This document shows positions 43,762 to 57,489 of a DNA stretch of 64,000 nt, in pieces. The stretch is from Eledone cirrhosa. Its lineage: Eukaryota. A model generated the notes under the pieces. The model was not told where the DNA came from. It did not search any database and was given only the letters and a program-made list of their open reading frames with translations. The stretch covers positions 151,652,001 to 151,716,000 of the forward strand of contig OZ024743.1 of the NCBI GenBank assembly GCA_964016885.1, in the 5' to 3' direction. The position numbers and the translations under genes were made by a program. How positions within the stretch are numbered: position 1 is the first letter of the stretch; every line of letters begins with the position of its first letter.

Positions 43762-44107
43762 GAGGCACATGGCTTAGTGGTTAGAGCATTGGTCTTGCAA
43801 TCGAAAGGTTGTGAGTTCAATTCTCAGACCGGGTTATGTGTTGTTTCCTTGAGCAAGAGACTTTATTTCACATTGCTCCAGTTTACTCAGCTGTAGAAAT
43901 GAGAATGATAGGGCCTGGGGCCCATATCATTCCACTGCAAAGTGGTCGTGTAGGTGACACGGCAAAAAAGCACCCAGCACTCACTGTAAATGAGGTTGGG
44001 GTTAGGAAGGGCATCCAGCTGTAGAAATCAAGCCAGAATCAGTTCCCGTCCTACCCTTGCAAGCAGGTAAAAAGCGGACATAAAATGATGATGATGATGA
44101 TGATGAT
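43762..44107 (+). mobile_element. SINE family B, full length
   Basis: tRNA-like head with A/B boxes, CORE-like CCTTGAGCAAGAGACTT, family C unit and RTE-like tail with (GAT)n. Confidence 0.88.
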
Positions 44108-44574
44108 ATTTATATAAATTGCATTATAACTTCACTATTTCATTTCCAGCACATACACATTATCTGCTCTCATGTCTACACAAACGCATCTGTTCTTAAA
44201 CATAGCTGCTTACACACAGACACGCATATACACATTATTGGTTCTCACACATAAACATTTATATATATTTATATAAATATACATCACCACTACCATGATC
44301 ATCACCAAATGTATATAAATATGTGTGCGTATATATATATATATACACACACACAAACACACAAAGTTTTCACAATTTCATTCCTGAAACACATATATAA
44401 ATACACACACACACACACACACAAACCTTTCAACCTTTAATTACAGAGATCCCACCCATGCTAGCTTGGAAAATGGACATTAAACGATGATGATGATGAT
44501 GATGATGATCTCAGAAATGGTGATGACATGTTGGAATAAATGTCTGAGAAAGGCCAACAATTTCTTTATCTCAC

Positions 44575-44579
<5 letters not shown>

Positions 44580-44634
<55 letters not shown>

Positions 44635-44642
44635 TCTCTCTC
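44580..44642. repeat. (CT)n microsatellite
   Basis: Pure CT run followed by CTAT units. Confidence 0.93.
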
Positions 44643-44788
44643 CATCTCTTTCTCCTTGTATAAACCTCTTGAAACTGCAAAGTCAACAGACATAAGAACT
44701 GTGTCTGTAGCCATCTTCTAATTGCTGAGTCAATGAACAATTAGAAAGGACTTAGCAAAGGAATCAAAATGAAGACCACAATGACTAG

Positions 44789-45683
44789 GATGGTGGTGGT
44801 GGTGGTGGTGGTGGTGGTGGTGGAGGTGGTGGTGGTGGTGGTGGTGGTGGTGGTAGCAATGGTTATGATAATGATGGCGTTGGTGGTGGTGGTGGTGGTG
44901 GTGGTGGTGGTGGTAGCAGTGGTTATGATAATGATAGCATTGGTGGTGGTGGTGGTGGTGGTGGTGGTGGTGGTAGCAGTGGTTATGATAATGATGGCGT
45001 TGGTGGTGGTGGTGGTGGTGGTGGTGGTAGCAGTGGTTATGATAATGATAGCATTGGTGGCGGCGTTGGTGGTGGTGATGGTGGTAGCAGTGGTTACGAT
45101 AATGATGGCGTTGTTGTTGGTGGTGGTGGTGGCGGTGGTAGCAGTGGTTACGATAATGATGGCGGCGTTGGTGGTGGTGGTGGTGGTGGTGGTAGCAGTG
45201 GTTATGATAATGATGGCGTTGTTGGTGGTGGTGGTGGTGGTGGTGGTAGCAGTGGTTACGATAATGATGGCGGCGTTGGTGGTGGTGGTGGTGGTGGTGG
45301 TAGCAGTGGTTACGATAATGATGGCGTTGTTGGTGGTGGTGGTGGTGGTGGTGGTGGTGGTAGCAGTGGTTACGATAATGATGGCATTGGTGGTGGTGGT
45401 GGTGGTGGTGGTGGTGGTGGTGGTGATGGTGATAGTGATAGTAATGATGATGTTGTTGTTGTTGGTGGTTTTGGTAGCAGTGGTTATGATAATGATAATG
45501 ATGGTGGTGGTGGTGGTGGTGGTGCTTTGGAAATAAGGATAATGATGTGGGTGGTGTCGATGATGATGGTAGTGGGACTGATGGTGATGGTGGTGGTGGT
45601 GATAGTGGTAGTAATGATGATGATAGTGTTGGTAGTAGTGGTTTTGGTGATGGTGATGATAATGGTAGTAGTGGTCGTGATGA

Positions 45684-45715
<32 letters not shown>

Positions 45716-45822
45716 ATGGTGCTGGTTGTGGTGGTGGCGCTGGTTGTGGTGGTGGTGCTGGTTGTGGTGGTGGTGGTGCTGGTTGTGGTGGTAGTGTTGT
45801 TAGAGTTGGTGGTGGTGATGGA
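44789..45822. repeat. (GTG)n/(GAT)n compound repeat with a ~55-60-bp higher-order unit
   Basis: About 10 units of (GTG)n-GTAGCAGTGGTTA(T/C)GATAATGATGGCGTTG. Confidence 0.92.
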
Positions 45823-45906
45823 GACGATGCTAAAAACTATTTTGTAAGAGGCAAATAATCCAGGAAATCAAAACAAATATTTATATTATTAGAGTTTGTT
45901 TGTTTT

Positions 45907-48900
45907 TGGTGTGGTGTGGTGTGGTGGTGGTGGTGGTGCTGTGGTGGTGGTGTGGTGTGGTGTAGTGGTGGTGTGGTGGTGGTGGTGGTGCTGTGGTGGT
46001 GGTGTGGTGTGGTGTTATGGTGTGGTGTAGTGGTGGTGTTGTGGTATGGTGTGGTGTGGTGGTGGCAGTGGTGGTGTTGTGGTGGTGTTGTGGTGTGGTG
46101 TGGTGTGGTGTGGTGTGGTGGTGGCAGTGGTGGTGTTGTGTGGTGTGGTGGTGGCAGTGGTGGTGTTGTGGTGTGGTGATGGCAGTGGAGGTGTTGTGGT
46201 GTGGTGGTGGCAGTGGTGGTGTTGTGGTATGGTGTGGTGTGGTCGTGGCAGTGGTGGTGTTGTGGTGGTGTTGTGGTATGGTGTGGTGGTGCTGTGGTGT
46301 GGTGTGGTGTGGTGGTGTTGTGTGGTGTGGTGGTGGCAGTGGTGGTGTTGTGGTGTGGTGATGGCAGTGGAGGTGTTGTGGTGTGGTGGTGGCAGTGGTG
46401 GTGTTGTGGTATGGTGTGGTGTGGTCGTGGCAGTGATGGTGGTGGTGTTGTGGTGTGGTGTGGTATGGTGGTGGCACTGGTGATGCTGTGGGGTGGTGTG
46501 GTATGGTGGCAGTGGTGATGCTGTGTGGTGTGGTGTGGTAGTGTTCTGTGGTGGTGCTGTGGTGTGGTGTGGTGGAAGTGGTGGTGCTGTGGTGCTGTGG
46601 TGACAGTGGTGGTGCTGTGGTGTGGTGGTGGCAGTGGTGATGGTGTGGTGTGGTGGCAGTGGTGGTGCTGTGGTGTGGTGTGGTGGTGCTGTGATGTGGT
46701 GTGGTGGTGGTGGCAGTGGTGGTGCTGTGGTGTGGTGGTGGCAGTGGTGGTGTGGTGTGGTGTGGTGTGGTGTGGTGGTGATGCTGTGGTGTGGTGTGAT
46801 GGTGACAGTGGTGTGGTGGTGGCAGTGGTGGTGCTGTGGTGTGGTGGCAGTGGTGGTGATGTGATGTGGTGGTGGCAGTGGTGATGGTGTGGTGTGGTGT
46901 CGTGTGGCGTGGTGTGGTGTGGTGATGGTGCGGTGCGGTGCAGTGATGGTGTGGTGTGGTGTGGTGTGGTGTGGTGTGGTGTGGTGTGGTGATGGTGATG
47001 GTGTGGTGGTGATGCTGTGGTGTGGTGTGGTGATGGTGATGGTGTGGTGGTGGTGGTGGTGTGGTGTGGTTGTGGTGTAGTGTGGTGTGGTGATGGTGGT
47101 GGCAGTGGTGACGGTGTGGTGTGGTCGCAGTGGTGGTGGTGGCAGTGGTGATGGTGTAGTGTTGTGATGGTGGTGGCAGTGGTGATGGCGTGGTGTGGTG
47201 ATGGTGATGGTGGCAGTGGTGGTGCTGTGGTGTGGTGGTGGTGGTGGCAGTAGTGATGGTGTGGTGTGGTGTGGTGATGGTGGTGGTGGTGGCAGTGGTG
47301 ATGGTGGTGGCAGTTGTGGTGGTGGTGGCAGTGGTGATGGTGTGGTGTGGTGTGGTGATGGTTGTGGTGGTGGCAGTGGTGATGGTGGTGGCAGTGGTGA
47401 TGGTGTGGTGATGGTGTGGTGACAGTGGTGGTGCTGTGGTGTGGTGATGGTGTTGTGGTGGCAATGGTGATGGTGTGGTAGTGGTGGTAGTGCGGTGTGG
47501 TAGTGGTGATGGTGTGGTAGTGGTGTGGTAGTAGTGGCAGTGGTGATGGTGTGGTGGTGTGGTGATGGTGGTGGTGGTGGCAATGGTGATGGTGATGGTG
47601 TGGTAGTGGTGGTAGTGCAGTGTGGTAGTGGTGATGGTGTGGTAGTGGTGTGGTAGTAGTGGCAGTGGTGATGGTGTGGTAGCGTTGTGGTAGTGGTGGC
47701 AGTGGTATGGTGTGGTGTGGTGATGGTGGTGGCAGTGGTGATGGCGTGGTGTGGTGATGGTGATGGTGGCAGTGGTGGTGCTGTGGTGTGGTGTGGTGAT
47801 GGTGGTGGTAGTAGTGATGGTGTGGTGATGGTGGTGGCAGTGGTGATGGTGTGGTGCGGTGATGCTGTGGTGACAGTGGTGGTGCTGTGGTGTGGTGATG
47901 GTAGTGGCAGTGGTGATGGTGGTGGCAGTGGTGATGGCGTGGTGTGGTGATGGTGATGGTGGCAGTGGTGGTGCTGTGGTGTGGTGTGGTGATGGTGGTG
48001 GCAGTAGTGATGGTGTGGTGTGGTGTGGTGGTGGTGGTGGTGGCAGTGGTGATGGTGTGGTGTGGTGGTGGGAGTGGTGATGGTGGTGATGGTGGCAGTG
48101 GTGATGGTGGTGGCAGTGGTGATGGTGATGGTGGTGGCAGTGGTGATGGTGTGGTGTGGTGATGGCGGTGGTGGTGGCAGTGGTGATGGTGTGGTGTGGT
48201 GATGGTGGTGGTGGTGGCAGTGGTGATGGTGGTGGCAGTGGTGATGGTGTGGTGACAGTGGTGGTGATGGTGGTGGTGGTGGCAATGGTGATGGTGATGG
48301 TGTGGTAGTGGTGGTAGTGCGGTGTGGTAGTGGTGTGGTAGTAGTGGCAGTGGTGATGGTGTGGTAGCGGTGTGGTAGTGGTGGCAGTGGTGATGGTGGT
48401 GGCAGTGGTGATGGCCTGGTGTGGTGATGGTGGCAGTGGTGGTGCTGTGGTGTGGTGATGGTGGTGGTAGTAGTGATGCTGTGGTGTGGTAACAGTGGTG
48501 GTGGTGGTGGTGGCAGTGGTGATGGTGTGGTGTGGTGATGGTGGTGGTGGTGGTGGTGGCAGTGGTGATGGTGGTGGCAGTGGTGATGGTGTGGTGATGG
48601 TGTGGTGACAGTGGTGGTGCTGTGGTGTGGTGATGGTGGTGGTGGCAATGGTGATGGTGGTAGTGGTGGTAGTGCGGTGTGGTAGTGGTGATGGTGTGGT
48701 AGTGGTGTGGTAGTAGTGGCAGTGGTGATGGTGTGGTAGCGGTGTGGTAGTGGTGGCAGTGGTGATGGTGTGGTAGTGGTGCTAGTGGTGATGATGTGTG
48801 GCAGTGGTAAAAGCATGGTATGGTGTGGTGTATTAGTGGGGATAGTGGTGATGGTGTGGTGTGGTAGTTGTGATGGTGTAGCAGTGGTGATAGTGTGGTA

Positions 48901-49146
48901 GTGGTGGTAGTGGTGATGATGTGGTAGTGGTGGCAGTGGTAATTGTGTGGTAGTGGTGGTAATGGTGATGATGTGGCATTGGTGGTAATGGTGATGATTT
49001 GGTTTGGCCGTAGTGATAGAGTGGTATGGTAGAGGTGGCAGTGGTGATGGTGTGGTGTGGTAGTGGTGATAATATGGTGTGGTAGTGGTGTGGTAGTGGT
49101 GGTGATGGTATGGTATGGTAGTGGTGATGGTGTGGTGTGGTAGCAG
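45907..49146. repeat. 3.2-kb GGT/GGTGT/GGCAGT complex satellite
   Basis: G/T-rich + strand built from GGT, GGTGT, GGCAGTGGTGAT modules. Confidence 0.95.
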
Positions 49147-49252
49147 TGAGCTAATCTTGGATTAACATTTAATTTTGAAATAATATAAGCAACAACCATA
49201 ATAACAATTACATTGTAGGAAAATGTGACTAAAATATCATTATTTAGAGAGA

Positions 49253-49445
49253 GGGCAGTGGATTGGCAGTATCGGTAGAGGGTCGGACGCCATGCTTTGG
49301 CGCATTGAGTTACGGCCCTTGCCATTCTGAGTTCAAATCCTACCGAGGTTAACTTTGCCTTTCATCCTTACGGGGTCGATAAAATAAAGTACCAGTAATA
49401 CACTGGGTAATTGCTGGCCTTGTGCCTAAAGTAGAAACAATTATT
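49253..49445 (+). mobile_element. SINE family A, full length with TSD
   Basis: ATTATTTAGAGA on both flanks; B box GAGTTCAAATCC. Confidence 0.9.
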
Positions 49446-50779
49446 TAGAGATAGTTGATTCTGTTAAGACCTTCTGGAAGGTGTGTCTGAGGACTCTGCC
49501 TTCATAGCCCTCTATAGGAGGAGAAGGAGGTGGAGAAAGAGGAGAAGGAAGAGAAGGAGGTGGAGATCGAGGAGAAGGAAGAGATGGGGAGAAATAATAG
49601 TGGTGGTGGTAGTAGTAATAGAAGTTATAAAGAAATTTATAAAAATAATAAAATTAGTAACTAGATGGATAAACAGATAGATATTTAAAAGAAAAAACAG
49701 AATATTTAGAGAAATTACATAAAAGGATTAAAATGAAAAGCAGCATTATATCGAAATGTTTGATAATAGCAATATAACCATCATCATCATGACAACCATT
49801 ACAATCATCATCATTATAAGAGCAGTATAAATCATCATCATTATCAATATAAAATCAGTGGGGGAAAAAAAGTATTTTTACTAATTTTCTGAAAACAAAA
49901 TAAAATAAATTATATTAAATGAATTAAAATACAAAAATAAAAAATTAAAAATTAAAAACCTAACAAAAGTATTGCTAGGCAATCTGCTGACATTGTAATA
50001 ATCCAAACAAAATCAATGATTTAGTTGTTAGAGAATTAACGCTAGCTAGACCAAGAGTGCCAAGGATGGTTTACCTATAAACTGGTGCTACCTTAAAGGA
50101 ATCACTGAGCTAGAAAGATCCAATAATAATAAAAATGTGAGGAGAGTTTGTTGGTTATCACCACCTCTCACTATATATCTCTTTCTCTACTTCAATGTTT
50201 CATATATATATATAAGCAAGAATATACACACGACACACATATTCTAGATGACATCACACTGGACATAAATAGGAATCGTAGACAACTGGGAATAATAAAT
50301 GATGCAAATCCAAAAGAAAAAAAAGTGATCAATCGATATTTGAATAAAAATTGCTATTTTATCAATAAGTTAAAATCAATATATATATATATATAGAGAG
50401 ATAGATAGAGAGAGCGATGTACATACATACATATGTGTGTATATATATATATATATACACACTCACATAGATATATATACTGTATATATATACATATATG
50501 CATGTATGTACATCTCTCTCTCTTTATTTATATATATAAATGTATGAATATGTGTTTCTGTCTGTGTGCATATTTAGACACACGCATCATACTGCAGCAG
50601 CCTCTTTAAGGATGGAAGCAAATAGGTTTTACCACAAAAATAGCTCTTACATCTAATCAAGTCACATTGTTTTCTATTATGATAGACTGTACTAAGAGAC
50701 CACACATACACTCACACACCACACACACACATGTGTGACACAAAGATACTCAAAATGAAAAAAAACCACAAGAACATAC

Positions 50780-50797
50780 CAGGTATATAGTTTGTAG
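50780..50797 (-). CDS. Candidate 18-nt microexon
   Basis: atttcctgtcag|CTACAAACTATATACCTG|gtatgt; phase-compatible with 51260-51296. Confidence 0.25.
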
Positions 50798-51259
50798 CTG
50801 ACAGGAAATCTAACCTTACAGTCTCTGCTTCTTCATATACATGTACAATCCCCACAAACACTCAGACATTAAAATATACCAGAACACCAAAACAATATCT
50901 TTCTAAAAATGGTAGTCATAGGTGCATGGCTATGAGGTTAAGGAGTTCGATAAACAAAGATGTTTTCAGGTTTTGTCATACAGTGTGGCATCTTCAGTAA
51001 GTATCTTCTGCTATAGCCTTAAGTTGACCAATGCCTTGTGACTGAAATTTGGTAGACTGAAACTATATGGAAGCCTATAATATATGTGTGTGTTTATGTC
51101 TTGTAACTTAGCAGTTTGATGTGGGGCTGATACAATTGATTAAATCTCTTCATGGTCACAGTCTAATAACTGAAACTAGTACAAGATTAAAGCAAATATC
51201 CCCCTCATTCAGTTTAGACAAACATGCAAAAAAGAAAAGAAATAAACAAACAAACATAC

Positions 51260-51296
51260 CCACAAATTTAACAGCACCATCAGTAAATTCATTAAA
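51260..51296 (-). CDS. Candidate 37-nt exon FNEFTDGAVKFV
   Basis: caatctttag|TTTAATG...TTTGTGG|gtatgt. Confidence 0.28.
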
Positions 51297-51769
51297 CTAA
51301 AGATTGTACTAGGATGTACAATATCAGTGATTTATACCGAGAAACAGCAACTATTATGTTCTGAGTTTGTCACACCCTTTCTTACAAGAAAAATGTTTAC
51401 ATGGTTGTTGACTCCGTTATAAAGAAGAGCCAAATCTCTCTCAAATACAGTCTACTGTCTTAAGAACAGAAAGACATATTAAATAATATAGACCAAGATA
51501 CAATGCTTTGAAAATAAAGTTTCAAAATGATGGATGGTGACAGTTGGAAAACTTCTAATGATAGATTCTACATGATGAGAACAGACTTAACATTAAAACA
51601 AACATACAAAAACAAACTGGATACTGATAAAAAAAAAAATGCTCAGACCTCTATATTGACTTACTCCTTCTATAATAACCCCCTACACTCCACAACATTT
51701 TGGAAAGCTTAGTATGGGCCTTAGGAATGGAGGGGTATGGTATATCTGGAATTATCCAGGCCGAAACAA

Positions 51770-52030
51770 ATGAGGTCGTGTAGGTGTCATGACAAAAAAA
51801 CACACACAGTCCATGCTGTAATGTGGCCGTGTAGGTAACATGGTAAAAACCTTCCAGTCCACACTGTAAACGTGGTTGGTGTTAGGAAGGGCATCCAGCC
51901 GTAGAAAACCCGCCAGACAGTCCTATACGAGCAAGACAACCAATCTTGCCTCAAGTGGGAGAATTCCCGTCCAAACCCATGCAAGCGTGGAAGATGGACG
52001 TTAAACGATGATGATGATGATGATGATGAT
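51770..52030 (+). mobile_element. Family C element
   Basis: Internal units, GGTTGGTGTTAGGAAGGGCATCCAGCC, AACCCATGCAAG, (GAT)n. Confidence 0.82.
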
Positions 52031-52031
52031 A

Positions 52032-52340
52032 CACGGTGTGTCAGAAAAGAAACAGGACTGCAGTTGCAAAAAAAACATATTTCAAGTCCAAACTACAAGT
52101 TTTTCCCTTTGAAATAATCCCCCCCCCCCCCCACACACTTTTTCATCCTTCTCTGCCATGCCTCCATACACTCTGGAAAGGATTCTCCACAGCTCCCTCG
52201 TCATGGCCCTCTTAGTGGCTTTGACATCTGGAAAACGAATCGTACTTGAATATCCATGACTCGTCACTGGTGATGAGTAAATCCAGATATAGAATGAAAT
52301 GTGTGAAAGAAGCTTTGATTGATTCATCAAGCTGGAAGAC
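52032..52340 (-). mobile_element. Deleted mariner transposon fragment (3' end)
   Basis: ITSDESWIFKYD (first catalytic D motif) and C-terminal ECMEAWQRRMKKCV...GDYFKG; TA-CACGGTGTGTCAGAAA terminus. Confidence 0.72.
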
Positions 52341-53723
52341 GAATATGAGGAAGATGAGTGTATTGATAAATAGGACGAATATCAATGACCAATACCAATG
52401 TATCAATAAATAGTGAAAATATCAATGTACAACAGGAGCATCAAAGTTGATTTGAACTCAAAGAGTACAGAGCCAGAACAAATAAGGAGACAATTAATTT
52501 GATGCTCTAATGACACTGTTATTAGCTGTCTTAAAAAGAAGAAACAGTGCATCCAGGGTATTTTTTTAAATGCAGTGTAGTCAAATGGTTAAAAGGTTTG
52601 CCTCATAATCATAAGACCCTTGGTTTGGTCCCTCTGCATGCAATCCTGGACAAGTGGGTTTTTTTTTATCATACCCCAAGTCAACCTGAGCTTTGTGAGT
52701 GAAATTCAGTAGCTGGAAACTGTTTGAAAATGTACCACACTGAATCTTCCTGAGAATTACATTAGGAGTTCACATGTCTGTGGAACACTAAACGACTTAG
52801 ACATTGATCTAACAAATACATTGTTCCATTGACCAGATATCTAGTTTATTTATACCCCAATCTACTACAATCTTAAACAGATAAGATGATCAGAGTTTCA
52901 ATTAATGCCTTTGTTAATAGGTTTGCTTGAACAGGGCTACTCTGGGTTTAAACAACAAGAAGAACAGCTTGGAAAATTGCAATTCAAATAAACACCTTAG
53001 AAAATATCACAGACATTTATTTTATGTCATTTTCTTGGTTTCATAGCTATTGTGCTTTCATGAAAAATGAAATTTGTTTCCTGTTCGAAAAAACTCAATA
53101 AAAAAAAACTCTTTGAATCAGTCAAAAAAGTTATAGTATTGTACAGCTGCTAAGAAAAAACCCAGACATATAGTGATAGAAAACCACTCCATTTTAAGTG
53201 ATTAGAAACAACTATGAATATCTGGTCAATAAAAATAGTAATTTAGATTTAGCTATATTAGTAATAAAAAAAAATGTCATTTCTATTATCATCTCTGTGG
53301 GGTAGCAAGTTACATTACTAATATTGACAAATTTACATTAATAAAACCACTTACTAAATGAGTTTAGCACTTGAAACCAGACAAAGCTAGGATCACATTG
53401 TTTTAATAGTGAAATACAAGGATGTAAAAGTTATAGATAGCAATCTAACTGGGTAAAACAAAAATTCTAGTGATATGGAAACACACTGCTTCTTTCTCCA
53501 CTTTCTGTCTCTGCAAGAGTAATTCTTTGAAGAATTCACAATAGAATAGGATAGTATTTAAAATAATTATATACTTTCATTTCAGATAAGTTGTTAGCTG
53601 TAAGATAATGTAAATAAAAACACTAGACACATCTTTCATGCACTGAAAATTATATGGAGAAAAATACTGGCATTTCAATATCACACATTTGTCTTTAGGA
53701 TAGAACATGAGATAAGCATTTTA

Positions 53724-53764
<41 letters not shown>

Positions 53765-55565
53765 TATACACACACATATATATATATATAAAATGTATAT
53801 ATATATAATGAAAAAATCTGATTCATATTTACTACATACTAGTTTCTCATATTTCCACAGTAGAGTTTATAACACAGCAGACGGTGAGAAAGATCAGTGT
53901 TTATCTTTTCAAGCAGCAAACAGAGACCACCATCGTCATCACCACCTTTATCATAATCATCATCAATAACAACAGTTATTACATCTATTTTCTCATGCTG
54001 AAATAGTTTACATAGGACCGCAATACAGCATCTTCTCAGCTTCAGCTGCCTCCAGGCCTGATCAATTTTTCGAAAGGATTTAGTTTTCATTTATGACATA
54101 AAATCTTCAGCTGTCATTGTTTAGCCCCAGGCCATCTATGATCAAGCAGACATGAAATCCAAACCATTTTAGCTGTAACCATCCTACCTTCTTAAACAAA
54201 ATTTATTGTAGCATATTTTTCTATAGGATGCAATTGGAAAGAGATTTAGCTGCTATTTCTTGCATTTTGAATGGCTATGATTAGACACGCTTACTGGCTC
54301 ATCTTCTTTAATACCTTGATGGGAAATTAAGTTAGCACAGACATAAGAAAGAATGCTGAAATACTAATAAGTAGTTCAAATTTCATCCAAAATTACTTTA
54401 CTTTTCATACACCTGGACTTGAGAAAACAATTTCTATGTGACTCAAATTATAGATTGACAGAAATTATAGATACTAGAGCTGGTCTGTATTGACAAGAGT
54501 TCTCTCAGTAAGAAGATAAGGAAGGTACTTTGGTGTGTTGTGAGACCAAAACTCAAAAATTTTGGATAAAGTATAACATGGAAAATTTGGATAAAGTGTT
54601 TTAACTTAGATGTTATATTTCCACTATCTTAGTGAACTAAAATTAGATTCAAATATATGGAACTATGGACTTGCAATTTTGATAGCTCACCTCTTCGATT
54701 TTAAACTGTGTCAAAATAATCCCCAGGAACTACCTGGGAGAATATGCAGAGCTATTACTGTGTCACTAGCAGTATTGATCTGGTTCACTGAACTCTGAGT
54801 TCACATTCTGCCTTGTTTTTTATCTGTTCAGAGTTAATAAAGTACAAGTCTGGCACTAGAATCAATTTATCTTCTCTGATTCTGTTTGGAAAAAATTAGC
54901 TGCAGTTAGATCTAGAGAGGAAAGGGATCTGCCATATGTTATGATGGCGCTCGTACATCCCCGTTGGGTTTTGAGAGCTTAGATAAAGAAAGAAAGAAGG
55001 TAAAGAAGTGAGATACTTCAATAACAATTGCATTATAAGTAAAATGCATATTTTTTCAATAAATAATCAATTTATTATAAAATTGCGACCATACTAAACA
55101 ATAGCCTGGGGAAAAATGGGAAAATATGAGAAGAAAAAAAATACAAATTCAGAATTTAAGGAAAGAACCAAATGTTTTCTGAGAATTGTTTCTGAAGCCA
55201 TAATACCTACCAAAATAACATAAGTGTTCATGTGAAAACTGATTTAAAGTGACTTTAAAATTATATGTTAACTTTTTCTTTGAAAGCTTTTGTAGTTCTA
55301 AACTGTTGCAAAGTTAAATGTAAATACCTGGATATGTGATGTAAGTATTGTTTAACAAAGTACATAACTATAAGGACAATCTATCAAACTTCCTTCCAGC
55401 CAACCCAGTTTATTATTTATTCAATCTGACAAGTAAAATAACTAATTGACAATAAAACAATATGACACTGTTTTGTCACTCAACCCCAGGTCTGTTTTTA
55501 TTGAGAAAATTAAAAACTTTCCAGCCAAGACCACATTACCTTATTTTCAGAACTACATTATTTTA

Positions 55566-55845
55566 GGAGCATGGCCTAGTGGTAAGGGGGTTGGATTTAC
55601 GATCATAATGTTGAGGGTTTGATTCCTGGGCTGGGCTGGGTTGCGTGTTGTGTTCTTGAACAAAGCACTTAATTTCACGTTGCTCCAGTATATTCAGCCA
55701 AAAATGAGTACCAGCAACAGTACTGCAATGGACTGGCATCCTGTCCAGGGGGGAGTCTTTTACTCTCAGTTGCTTCAAGTCATGAAACTGGGATAAGCAC
55801 CGGCCTAACGAGCCTTAAATGGCTTAAGACAGACAGACAGACTCT
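55566..55845 (+). mobile_element. SINE family B-related element (tRNA head, CORE-like segment, different 3' part)
   Basis: TGGCCTAGTGG A box, GGTTTGATTCC B box, TTCTTGAACAAAGCACTT, (ACAG)n tail. Confidence 0.75.
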
Positions 55846-56340
55846 TTTCGAAGATCTTCAGATTTCAAATTGGCAGGGGCATGAGAGTATCATGTAGAAT
55901 ATCTTGTGGTACTGGTTCTTTGTACTCTAAGCTCAAATCCTGCCATACCCAGCTTTGGCTTTTACTCATTTGGTATTAATAAAATAATGCAGTGGACTGG
56001 CATAATTCCTATAGCCTTGTAGTGTCTGTTCCACAATTTGCATACTGAGTTTAATTTCCATCTAGAGCTTCAAATCTCACTAATAGCCAGAGCTAATCAT
56101 CTGAACATGGAACCACAACTGATTATATAAGCTGCAATGAGCAAAGGAAAATTGTGGCTGTCTTCTACTGCATTTAAATGATGACGATGATATGAGGGAA
56201 ATTGGGCTGTTATGTTTAGCAAGATGAATTATCACATACTTCTTATGACACAGGAATATACTGTACCTATTTTAAACCAGATACATGTATCATCATCACA
56301 TCATCACCGTTTTATGTCCATTCTTCCATGCTAGCATGGG

Positions 56341-56855
56341 TATGTATGTTCTTTTGGTTTTATAATTTCACAAATTTTTTCCAATAGAGAGTCAGTTTCT
56401 AACATAGTTACAAGACTCTCTCATTGGAATTTATACAAATCAACTAGGTAGATATGTCTGCATGTCTGCATGCATGCATGTGTATGTATGTATGTATGTA
56501 TGTATGTATGTATGTATGTATGTATGTATGTATGTATGTATGTATGTATGTATGTATGTTCTTCTGGTTTTATAATTTCACAAATTTTTTCCAGTAGAGA
56601 GAGAGTCAGTTTCTAACATAATTACAAGACTCTCTCATTGGAATTTATACATCAACTAGGTAGATATGTCTGCATGTCTGTATGCATGCATGTGTAGGTA
56701 TGTATGTATGTATGTATGTTCTTCTGGTTTTATAATTTCACAAATTTTTCCCAATAGAAAGAGAATCAGTTTCTAACAGAGATACAAGACTCTCATTGGA
56801 ATTTACACAACATCAACTAGTTAGTTATGTCTGCATATCTGTATGCATGCATGTG
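56341..56855 (+). repeat. Three tandem ~140-bp units separated by (TATG)n
   Basis: TTC(T)TGGTTTTATAATTTCACAAATTTTT...CAAGACTCTC...CAACTAG repeated 3 times. Confidence 0.9.
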
Positions 56856-57064
56856 TGTGCAGGTATGGATGTTATTTTATGTGTGGATGTGTATGTTTTG
56901 AGTTGTATGTGTGCATATGCTTTGAATCTGTACAAGTGTATATGCAGTTATTAGATGCAGAATTTTTGGAATGTTTTACATATTTTTACTGTTCCATTAA
57001 TGGATTGTTCTTGTAATTTCCTAACTAGTCATTATGTATGTATATATGTATGTATGTATATGTG

Positions 57065-57280
57065 TTTTATATCTGGAGATCTCTCTGCACTTGTCGTCAC
57101 ATGGTACCATGAGCACCAGCACTATGTGTCGATAATTGTCACAAGTGTAGTGTTTGTACCAGAGTTTTCAAGTCGCTGGCTGGACTAAAAAGTCACACTT
57201 GTTCAACGCATCGGTAGGGGGTTCTCCTACATGAATATAAAGTAATGGCCGTACTCGAAAACGAGTTGACAGCCGCCATG
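57065..57280 (+). mobile_element. 3' end of an RTE-like LINE with a C-terminal zinc-finger-like motif and (TATG)n tail
   Basis: HKCSVCTRVFKSLAGLKSHTCSTHR*. Confidence 0.6.
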
Positions 57281-57489
57281 TATATGTGTATGTATGTATG
57301 TATATGTGTATATATGTATGTATGCATGTATATGTATGCATGAATGTATGTATCTACGTACATATGTATGTATGTATCTATGTATATATGTAAGTTTGTA
57401 TGCATGTATGCACAGGGACACAGAAATACTCGGTTTGGTGCCTGAGTGCGTTGTTAGCCCACTGGCAGTGAGAGACCCTTAGTTCCTGT

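Noticed and set aside
43764-43835. Genuine tRNA gene
   Set aside because: The acceptor stem does not pair and the sequence continues into a SINE body; anticodon-like loops differ among copies
44769-45858. Poly-Val and Gly/Asp-rich ORFs as membrane or structural proteins
   Set aside because: Explained by (GTG)n/(GAT)n repeats; no splice or homology support
45907-49146. Telomeric repeat array
   Set aside because: No TTAGGG units; irregular GGT/GGTGT mosaic at an internal position
45837-49325. 1162-aa His/Thr/Pro-rich ORF
   Set aside because: Starts inside a SINE and runs through the satellite; all three minus frames are similarly open
57135-57216. Host C2H2 zinc-finger gene exon
   Set aside because: A single finger followed by a stop, short UTR and (TATG)n tail fits a LINE 3' end better
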